Shown here: positions 46,001-53,113 of the stretch, in pieces | Numbering within the stretch: position 1 is the first letter of the stretch | Layout: each line of letters starts with the position of its first letter | Source of the DNA: Verrucomicrobiales bacterium | Lineage (GTDB): Bacteria; Verrucomicrobiota; Verrucomicrobiia; Verrucomicrobiales; V1-33 | DNA length: 53,113 nucleotides | Direction: 5' to 3' | Assembly: GCA_031411295.1 (NCBI GenBank) | Contig: JANOAV010000117.1 | Coordinates: 1 to 53,113 of the forward strand | Program-made: the position numbers and the translations under genes | The notes under the pieces: model-generated | Databases searched by the model: none | Seen by the model: the letters and a program-made list of their open reading frames with translations, nothing else | Told to the model about the DNA's origin: nothing

Positions 46001-47149
46001 CGTGGGATCCTGGATCGCCTGCACCACTTCCAGCCCGCCTGCGGCAATGTCCCGGGTCGCGACGGGAGCATTTGTCTCAATGCGTGCCACCGTTTGGTCG
46101 GTGTGGATAAAATACGCATGCTGGTCGGTGCATTGGAGATTGGCGAACCGTTCCGCCACCGTGGCTGCGGTGGCCAATTCCACGAAGCTGGAACTATTCG
46201 TTAAATTCTTCCGCAGCAGCTTATGGCCGACTCCGATGACTTCCTGCATGAAAGCAAAATTTCCATCGGGAGTGATCGACAATTCATTCAAGGTGACAGG
46301 CGATGCTACATCGCGAGTGGGGCTATAGGTGGTGACAGTCATGGGGGTAAACACGCCCCCGCCCACCGCAGATCTCAGTCGCACGATGGTATTGTCCACC
46401 GCATCGCGCTCTGCGTAGTAGAGCCTTCCGTCGCGAACTGCAATCGACTGCACGTTGGTGGCCAAAGTGACGGATCCCACTGCGACGGAGGATCCACCAG
46501 GATTGAAAATGAGGTATTCCAAAACCCGTTTCATGACTCCGGTGCTGTCGAGGAACACAATGTCCGCGAGTCCATCATAACGCTGATTGAGCGATACCAT
46601 GCGAACAATGCTGGTAGTGTGCGTGTAATAAAGCTGCGGAGCACCGGATTGTTTGCGATAAATGGCCGTGGCGGTGGGAAATTCCGGCTCGCTGCCCAGA
46701 CCATAAAAAAACCAACCTGCCGAATAAGCAAAGGGTGAGAGATCCGGCATCGTCCAGCCTGGCACGTTGGCGGTGCCGACCTCGCTCCGTCCCATGCCGA
46801 CATTGTGGACCACGAGTTTATTATGAAGCGTGCCACCGAAGAACCTCCCTCCCTGCGGCGTGAGCTGGGTGATCGTTTCCTGTCCTGCAGCAAAGGTGAT
46901 GATCCGCTCACCATAGGAAGTGCCGGGCACCAAGGTGGTGGGCAGCCGCGGCGTATCAATGTAACCCATCCGGGACAGTTCGATGAAGGCGAACCGGTCA
47001 TTCGTATCCGCTTTTTGGATTGTCCGCAGGGAACCTGCGGCAGTATAAACCGTCTCTAGGGCGGCAGGAAGAGTGGCCAACAGGCATGACCAAAGGCCCA
47101 CCACTGAGAGCGGAAGGCCTCGGAAAAATGAGGCAGAGCAGAGTTTCAT
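43082..47149 (-). CDS. Large secreted multidomain protein: metzincin/M66-like peptidase module (QExxH variant), Ig/PKD-like domains, CBM9/DOMON-like domain, DxDxDG repeats and verrucomicrobial-type C-terminal domain
   Basis: Signal peptide; LEVVQAIQ...PLVQSKTTHVRF; QELAHNFGRLHVNCG...DFMSYC...WTSDYTW; VLDGTPAEPAW...WSLELRI; DLDGDGLPDAYE, DTDGDGQSDRSEFAAGTDP; YTVSTSTDLLNW...FYRI. Confidence 0.7.
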   Translation of the reverse strand: MKLCSASFFRGLPLSVVGLWSCLLATLPAALETVYTAAGSLRTIQKADTNDRFAFIELSRMGYIDTPRLPTTLVPGTSYGERIITFAAGQETITQLTPQGGRFFGGTLHNKLVVHNVGMGRSEVGTANVPGWTMPDLSPFAYSAGWFFYGLGSEPEFPTATAIYRKQSGAPQLYYTHTTSIVRMVSLNQRYDGLADIVFLDSTGVMKRVLEYLIFNPGGSSVAVGSVTLATNVQSIAVRDGRLYYAERDAVDNTIVRLRSAVGGGVFTPMTVTTYSPTRDVASPVTLNELSITPDGNFAFMQEVIGVGHKLLRKNLTNSSSFVELATAATVAERFANLQCTDQHAYFIHTDQTVARIETNAPVATRDIAAGGLEVVQAIQDPTNSCPLVQSKTTHVRFFARIASSSTGETSLALPVVLYGSSGGTPLPGSPLRPLLGPAATTNAALDRTQSAVNCWTFVLPETWTHGSVTLNARINDGQPISETNVTNNDATFVANFLNPGKLEVRFIPTRTVHGTVSRTLPEHQRALDNLTSMLPAARVNYSWRGGEVSRPLIPFYCDGNGRYEVSASFDDSALLLLNQLLFNALDGAGPWVHYVALLPTFDGMPGWSGIALPGIYDLYMRIPSSAWFLDLEDNELGQPFMSGTAAQELAHNFGRLHVNCGNPDFVDNGYPYPTDTLSSAAAGFQGLDPLTHRLILRTQAKDFMSYCAPKWTSDYTWRALLAHMPSPGFPLAPRGPAGAGATLGSLVCGHVAPDGHTYFLPITPLAQANSRAVATRMTAGPDYAKWTLHFSKSGTEVGTFPVKVFEVPTDAGADNEGTSFLANMDLSTLEYDSMELVSATDGLLGKRTAGIAAPSVTLLYPLGGETIFNGSNPIIKWNASDPDNDTVQTTVRWSNNQGATWTTLAYGVLGNQLDTTGITMPGASKADCRVELITTDGLHSTTVQSGNFAYGNNPPTLTIQVITPRVTNTPGLANVSALAGESITLRGIAADVEDETVIPTWAVSTPAGGSLSGYGEFIPLEALEPGQYSVNCQVADSVGALAYASVTIKVRPRAINATTAAVVLDGTPAEPAWAADRSPTPLFTGSGNIPVRCIHTNGSLYLSATGIPDGAAHDTSVSFTFDPNQGMQSSPQSDDLRVQVDALGLVQSFIGNGSTWIADPSVDLPEAHIFVAGGYWSLELRISDARLGGWLGQQIGGAVHFNRGTSSFTSSAWPAAATISSPATWTNFLLGADAEDPTDLDGDGLPDAYERITYGTAGYDPVKNADTDGDGQSDRSEFAAGTDPNAATSRFAANLNFGVLTWNTAPCRSYTVSTSTDLLNWTPIIQGLTYGYWQFYADPNVPKLFYRITAEYGR

Positions 47150-47335
47150 ATGCGGAGCAAGTTAGGGATTGAAGCGGTTTGGGATGGAAATTTGGGCATG
47201 ACAGCCCACGTCTCCCTGTCTTCTGCGCAATTTCCGCAAGAGACTTACAAACTTTCTGAAAATCATTTTGCATCCGCTGTATGTTTGCCTTCTCAGTGGC
47301 GCAGGTTTAAGTGAAAGTTCATCATCCCTCCACCT

Positions 47336-50300
47336 ATGCTCACCTCAAGCGCCACGCTTTGTCCAGATTGCGGAAGCCCGATTCCTGCGGATGTGCCGCG
47401 GGGGTTGTGCATGGCCTGTCTGGCCCGCAGCTTGGATTTGGCGGAGCCGGATCCGGTCCCTGATGGCGGGGCGACCTACGGGACTTGGCGGACGCTGCGG
47501 TTGGCGGGGGAAGGGGCGTTTGGCTTGGTCTATGAAGCGGTGCAGGCGCAGCCATTGCACCGACGCGCGGCTCTTAAAATCTTGAAGCCAGGATTGGATA
47601 GTCGGGAAATCATGGCGCGGTTTGAAGTGGAGCGACAGGCGCTGGCGGTGTTGGATCATTCCGGAATCGCCCGTGTGTTGGATGCCGGTTCGGAGGCTGG
47701 GCGACCTTGGTTTGCGGCAGAATGGGTGCAGGGGGCCCGCAGTGTCACGGAGTATGCGGCGGCCCAGCAACTTTCACTCCCGGACCGGGTGCGGCTCTTC
47801 CAGCAAATCTGTGAGGCTATGGCCCATGCGCACCAGCGCGGCATCATCCATCGGGATCTCAAGCCCTCCAATCTTCTGGTGAGCGAGGATGGGCAGGTCA
47901 AGGTGATCGATTTCGGAATCGCCCGGGCCACCGAACAAATTCTAACGCAGAGCACGCTGGCGACTATGGCTGGGCAGGTGCTGGGCACGCCGGCGTATAT
48001 GTCGCCAGAGCAGGCGGCGGGCCAAGGAGCGGATGCGGATACGCGCAGCGATCTCTATTCGTTAGGGGCGGTATTGTATGAATTACTCACCGGCCAACCG
48101 CCGTTTCTCCGACCGCGTCTGGAGAGTTCCACCTTGCAGGAGGCACTGCGAATTGTTTGTGAGGAAATGCCCCGCAAGCCGTCCACGCTTAATCCCGCGC
48201 TGCACGGGGAGTTGGAATGGATCATTCTGAAAGCCATGGAGAAAGCACCCGCGCGGCGTTACGAAACGGCGGCGGCCCTGGCGCGGGACCTGGGGGCTTG
48301 GTTGCAGGGGGACACGGTTTTGGCAGCACCACCGAGCCGGGCCTACCAGGCGCGCTGCTTTCTGCGGCGGCATCGCACCGCAGCCATCGGTGTGGCGGCC
48401 TGCGTGCTGGCCTTGGTGGGAGGCTTGATCAGCACCACCGTGATGTTTCTGAGGGCCCGGGAACAAGGGGCAATCGCCCGCACCAATAGCGTGCAAGCAT
48501 CGCGCAATGAAGCCCAGGCGCATCGCAATGCCAGCCGGGGCGATCATCAGACGGCCCAGAAGTTTTTCGAAAATAATCAGCCCGTCATGGGTGTGATGCA
48601 TTTGGCCCGGGCGGTGCGGGAGGATCCCACGAATGCTGCTCCGGCCGAGCGCTTGATGGCGGAGTTAGCTTGGACGGATTTCCCCAAACTAGCCCACCCG
48701 CAGGTGGAATTACGTGAGTTCATTCGCGCCATCAAATTTTCTCCGGACGCCAAGCGCTTGGCGGTGCTGTGCCATGAACCGACCTTCGGTGCCGGCTTCG
48801 TCGCCCTTTTCGACGTCGCGTCGGGAGCACGACTGGCTGAACCAACCCTCCCGCGCGACGGCGTGCATCATTTTTCCTTTAGTCCGGACGGAGCCCTCTT
48901 GGCGCTGGGTCATGCGGGTGGAGCGGTCACCTTCTGGCATACGGCGGACGGAGCCCCCGATGGGAGTCGCAGAGTGCTGGCCCATCGCAGCCCCGTGTTC
49001 CGTTCGGACTGGCTAACAGAGGATCGGATGTTGACGGTTGAGCATGTGGGGGAGAAAATCAGTGTCGGGCGACTCTGGGAATTGCCCACGGGTCGCGTGC
49101 TCGCAACCGTGGATGGTTTGCTGGCCCTAGCCGAGCCAGCGCTATCGCTGGATCAGTCGAAACTAGCTTGGATCCAAGCCAATGGCACGGTGCGTGTGAT
49201 GGAGGTGATGACGGGACAGGAAATTGCCACCTGGCCAACTTCCGGTCCGGGCTTCGTCGCGTTTGTCGGCAATGACAAGCTGGCAGTGCAAACGGTGGGG
49301 GAGCGGATGCGGCTCTTCAGGGCCAGCGACGGCACGCAGCTTGGCGAAACCATGCAAGGGAGTGACTCCGCACTAATACCCCTGGCTGCACCTGATGGCA
49401 ATACCATTCTCAGCGCGGGATTTGATGGCCTGGCCACCCTTTGGAATACGGACACGCAAAAGGCCGAATTGCATTTCCCGGGGAAATTCAAGTTCGGACA
49501 ATTCACCGCAACCGGTTCCCTGCTGGCCATGGCGGGCATGGATCGAACCGGCGTGGAGATCTGGGATATGGATCGACTTCAGTTAGCACGAGCCCCCATT
49601 CCGGTGGCTGGCGGGACCATCGGGATGGCCATTTCTCGGGACGGAAATTGGCTAGCCTGCGGCGGTCGCCAGCGTCTTTTGAGCCTTTACCAAGTGCGAC
49701 CACGGATCGCCCGACCCCAGATCCTGCCCGCTGCCGAGTTCCTCTGGCAGATTGGCTGGAATGCTGACGGAACCATCTTAGGCGGATGGGGGATCAATGG
49801 ACGCAGCGCCCTGTGGGATGGTGCTGGCAAGCAACTTCCAGCACCTGCTACATGGGAAGCTCGCGTGCGCTTGACTCCGTCACCGCAGCATGCCTCAGGC
49901 CTGGGTAAACTGACCAATCGTGCCCCCGGAGACCCGTCTTTCGCAGAGTTGCTCCCGGAGAAATTTCGACCCCAGCCACCCGCCGCCATCCGCTGTGCCG
50001 CCCTGGCACCGAACGGCCGCTGGTTAGTTACGGGGACCACCACCCGGGAACTGCAACTCTGGAAGCTCGACCCTGCGGACCAGCCGCAACGGCTTACGCT
50101 GCCGCTCCCTCCGCTGGAGATCGCCATTTCCAAAGACAGCGCGCAGACTGCTGTGGGATTGGGGGATGGCATGGTGCTCCGATTCGATCTCGCCACTGGT
50201 CAGGAAACCGGTCGCTGGCAGGCGCATACCACGAAGGTGACGGTGCTTGATTTCCTGCCGGATGGCCGGGTCCTCAGCGGAGCCGAGGGCAGGGGAGTGA

Positions 50301-51178
50301 CGGTTTCTCCACCCGGGAAGCGGACCTTGGTGCCCGCCGCCGTGCGTCAACTCGCGGTTAGTCCTAATGGGAAATGGTTCGCCTGTGGCTTGGCCAATGC
50401 CACTGGCCTGCTCTGGGATGCGGCCACGGGAGCGCAAGTCGGAGCCGTCATGCAGCATCGGAGCTTGGTCGGTGCGGCCGGCTTACTCCTCCGCTTCAGC
50501 CCGGATAGCAGCGTGCTGGCCACGGCGGGAAGTTACGATGACACGGTGCGCCTCTGGAGCGTGCCCCATGGCACCGAGCTGGCCGTGCTGCCGCATCCCT
50601 CGCTCGTGGACCATTTTGCCTTCGATCCCACTGGGCGACGACTCCTCACGGTGTGCACCGAGACGGGCCACAATAGGGTGGGGGTCCGCGTCTGGGATGT
50701 GGCCACGGCCCTGCCGCTCATGCCCACGTGCTACCTGCCGAGTTCTGAAGATTTCATGGCGATTGCTTTTCATCCCCAGAGCACCCGCGTGGCTATTGCG
50801 GGTTGGGAACAGGGCATCTTCATTTATGATCTCCCGCCAATGCTAGCCAACGCTCCCGGCTGGCTAGCTGCCACCGCCGATCAGATGACCGGCTGGCAAT
50901 TCGATCCCAATGGCCTTCCTGCCCCCGTCACGCCTAACGCTCTTCCCAAGCCCGCTGACGCTTGGTCCCAATGGTTGGCGGACGACCTTAACCAGCGTCC
51001 GCTCTCCCCCTATTCGGATCAAACCGCCTTGACCTACATCGAGCACCTCCGCAGTTTCAACTCGCTCGCGGCCTTGCAAGAGGTTAACCAATTCCAACCC
51101 TCCGTCCAAGATCACCTCAGGCTTAAATGGTTGGAGGTCGTGGCCAGACTCCGTCAATCGTCCCGGAGCGCCCGTTAG
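47336..51178 (+). CDS. Hanks-type Ser/Thr protein kinase with N-terminal Cys4 ribbon, TM helix and C-terminal WD40 repeats
   Basis: CPDC...CMAC; GEGAFGLV; ALKILK; HRDLKPSN; DFG; GTPAYMSPEQ; SDLYSLG; TM AAIGVAACVLALVGGLISTTVMF; WD repeats FSPDSSVLATAGSYDDTVRLW, VRVWD. Confidence 0.95.
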   Translation: MLTSSATLCPDCGSPIPADVPRGLCMACLARSLDLAEPDPVPDGGATYGTWRTLRLAGEGAFGLVYEAVQAQPLHRRAALKILKPGLDSREIMARFEVERQALAVLDHSGIARVLDAGSEAGRPWFAAEWVQGARSVTEYAAAQQLSLPDRVRLFQQICEAMAHAHQRGIIHRDLKPSNLLVSEDGQVKVIDFGIARATEQILTQSTLATMAGQVLGTPAYMSPEQAAGQGADADTRSDLYSLGAVLYELLTGQPPFLRPRLESSTLQEALRIVCEEMPRKPSTLNPALHGELEWIILKAMEKAPARRYETAAALARDLGAWLQGDTVLAAPPSRAYQARCFLRRHRTAAIGVAACVLALVGGLISTTVMFLRAREQGAIARTNSVQASRNEAQAHRNASRGDHQTAQKFFENNQPVMGVMHLARAVREDPTNAAPAERLMAELAWTDFPKLAHPQVELREFIRAIKFSPDAKRLAVLCHEPTFGAGFVALFDVASGARLAEPTLPRDGVHHFSFSPDGALLALGHAGGAVTFWHTADGAPDGSRRVLAHRSPVFRSDWLTEDRMLTVEHVGEKISVGRLWELPTGRVLATVDGLLALAEPALSLDQSKLAWIQANGTVRVMEVMTGQEIATWPTSGPGFVAFVGNDKLAVQTVGERMRLFRASDGTQLGETMQGSDSALIPLAAPDGNTILSAGFDGLATLWNTDTQKAELHFPGKFKFGQFTATGSLLAMAGMDRTGVEIWDMDRLQLARAPIPVAGGTIGMAISRDGNWLACGGRQRLLSLYQVRPRIARPQILPAAEFLWQIGWNADGTILGGWGINGRSALWDGAGKQLPAPATWEARVRLTPSPQHASGLGKLTNRAPGDPSFAELLPEKFRPQPPAAIRCAALAPNGRWLVTGTTTRELQLWKLDPADQPQRLTLPLPPLEIAISKDSAQTAVGLGDGMVLRFDLATGQETGRWQAHTTKVTVLDFLPDGRVLSGAEGRGVTVSPPGKRTLVPAAVRQLAVSPNGKWFACGLANATGLLWDAATGAQVGAVMQHRSLVGAAGLLLRFSPDSSVLATAGSYDDTVRLWSVPHGTELAVLPHPSLVDHFAFDPTGRRLLTVCTETGHNRVGVRVWDVATALPLMPTCYLPSSEDFMAIAFHPQSTRVAIAGWEQGIFIYDLPPMLANAPGWLAATADQMTGWQFDPNGLPAPVTPNALPKPADAWSQWLADDLNQRPLSPYSDQTALTYIEHLRSFNSLAALQEVNQFQPSVQDHLRLKWLEVVARLRQSSRSAR

Positions 51179-51258
51179 CACGTAGCTCTCGAGTCATGCC
51201 ATCGCAGAGCGCCTGAATTTTTCCGCATATTTCCCCAAGGAATCTGGCAACTGCGCGT

Positions 51259-51264
51259 TATACT
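51259..51264 (+). promoter_or_regulatory. Candidate sigma70 -10 hexamer (TATACT), leaderless-type spacing
   Basis: TATACT followed by 7 nt and the ATG at 51272; no Shine-Dalgarno-like sequence in between; no convincing -35. Confidence 0.4.
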
Positions 51265-51271
51265 GAGAACC

Positions 51272-52976
51272 ATGAAGACGCTGCTCCAAATCATTTTCTC
51301 ATTTCTCCTGCTCGGCATTTGCTCGGGCGCGGCTAATCCTGATCAGGAGGCGCTGAAGAAACAGCGCTCCGCCGCCACCAAGCAGTTCGATCAGGGAAAC
51401 TGGAAGGACGCGCTGGTGGCATTTCAGGAACTCATGGTCAAACCGGAAAATCGTGGCTCGGAGCTGGCGGCAGATTTAGCGAAAGCGAATGTTTGTCTCG
51501 CGAATCTGGGACAACCGCAAAATTTCGATGCCATGCTAGAGCAAGCGCTCACTGCGCATCCCCAGGACTTCCATTTGCTGGCCATGGCCGGGCGTTTGAT
51601 TCCGGCACAACAGCCGATGGGGGCCATGATCGATAACAAATTTACTCGCGGTCGTTGGGATGGCGGAAATATCGTCAGCTCGCAGAATCGGGATCGCGTG
51701 CAGACGTTGCAGTTGGCGGAACGGGCAATGTTAGTGCTGGCGCAGCCAGCAACGACCGCCACCGCAGACGAGCGCACGGCGTTCTACCTAGCATTTGCTA
51801 CCGCATTGCAAAACCGCGCCAGTTGGGAACTCCAGGCCCTGACAGATCTCACTAAGCTGCCGGATTATGATGAGAACCGGCAACAAAATTTCTACGGGCG
51901 TCGGGGCCACTTTGGCGGCCAGGATAGTCGTGGAGCCCCGGTGGATGCGGCGGGAAATGCTATTTACCATCGCCTCCCGGAAAGCTGGCAGGCCGCGCAG
52001 AGCGATGGCGAGCGTTGGCGCTGGATTCTCGCCCAGTGGGAAAAAGTCAGCCCATCCGCTGCCGCCGCTGCCCAGATGACACTGGCAGATTTCCTGCGTC
52101 AGGAATTCGATGTGCGGACCATGGCCCAATGGTGGCGACCCACCACGGATGAGACTACGGATGATAAATCCACCGCCCTCATGGCCATCCACACACTCAA
52201 GGAAAATGAGACCACCGCGCGTCTCGCCACCGGCATCAAGCGCTTCACCATGCCGGAGGAATTCGATTTCATCGCCCGCTTCAAACACCTGGCTGTGCAG
52301 AAAGACAACGCCACCGCAGCCTATCAAGCCATCATCGGACTGGGCTCCATTTTCGAAGATCGGCGGCAATATGATCGGGCCGTTGAAATTTACCGCCAGG
52401 CGCTGGAAATGAAGCTGGATAAAGACCAGCGTGAGTTTGTAAAATCGCGCTTGGATCAAATTTTGCAGAACTGGGGTCGATTCGACTCTTCATTAGTCCA
52501 AGCTGCGGGACAAGGCGCGAAGGTGGGCTTTGTCTTCCGCAATGGCACCAAGGCGCATTTTTCTGCAAAGAAAATCGACGTCCCTGCGCTGCTGGCGGAT
52601 GTGAAAAAGTATTTGGCAGCTAATCCCAATGAAGTGGACTATCAGAAAGTGCAGCTTCAGCAGTTGGGCTATAGCATCCTCGAAAAGGACCGGAAGAAAT
52701 ACCTCGGCAAAGAAGTGGCTGCGTGGGATCTGGAACTCCAGTCTCGGCCTGGGCATTGGGATCGACGCGTTGATGTCACCACGCCACTACAGGCGGCGGG
52801 TGCTTATTTCGTGGAAGGAAAAATGATCGATGGCAACACCTCCGGGATCGTCGTGTGGCTGGCGGATACCGCCATTGTGAAGCGCAACGGCGTGCAGGAG
52901 AATCAATACTACGTGGTGGATGCTGCCACGGGCACTCCGGTTCGTGGGGCGAATTTGGAGTTCTTCGGCTATAAGC
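51272..52976 (+). pseudogene. Alpha-2-macroglobulin-family (MG2/TPR) exported protein, 5' part, apparently interrupted by an IS
   Basis: Not in the ORF track. MKTLLQIIFSFLLLGICSGA signal; QGNWKDA TPR-like start; FVFRNG, HWDRRVDVTTPLQAAGAYF, VVWLADTAIV, VVDAATGTPVRGANLEFFGY resemble PVC bacterial A2M proteins. Sequence character changes abruptly at 52977. Confidence 0.7.
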
Positions 52977-53113
52977 CAATGCCTTTAAGGATTGGTGATG
53001 GTGATGGTTTTGACGAGCGGTTGGGAGCTGGGGATTTTGGTTTTGGGCCAGGCTTTGACGGGTTGGCGCAGGGTGCGGGGACAGCTCCTCGGCGGGCGTT
53101 CCTTGATCAGGGC
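52977..53113 (-). mobile_element. Right end of IS4-family-like insertion sequence (partial): terminal inverted repeat plus transposase C-terminus
   Basis: Begins CAATGCCTTTAAG, resembling IS4-type ends. The minus frame reads ALIKERPPRSCPRTLRQPVKAWPKTKIPSSQPLVKTITITNP* with the TAA (52985-52987) inside the putative repeat. Confidence 0.72.

Noticed and set aside
51788..52459. 223-aa minus-strand ORF
   Set aside because: Antisense to the alpha-2-macroglobulin-like frame, which has a signal peptide and family-like motifs.

Overview
This window looks like accessory DNA from a Verrucomicrobia-type (PVC superphylum) genome; the lineage is inferred from gene content. Almost all genes encode exported or cell-surface proteins. 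On the minus strand, two giant repeat proteins (about 3760 and 4840 aa) end in identical PEP-CTERM tails. They are followed by a tightly packed seven-gene run (beta-helix protein, beta-propeller, YceI-like, heparinase/alginate-lyase-like, LamG-like, DUF1592 cytochrome c protein, DUF1552) and then an ECF sigma / FecR / second DUF1592 unit that runs off the left edge. On the right, an ECF sigma factor and a Ser/Thr kinase-WD40 gene are separated by an inverted gene for a secreted metallopeptidase-like protein with QExxH in place of HExxH. The last gene, an alpha-2-macroglobulin-family gene, appears to be interrupted at 52977 by the end of an IS4-like element. I found no rRNA, tRNA or CRISPR array. 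All product calls come from recognising motifs by eye, not from database searches.
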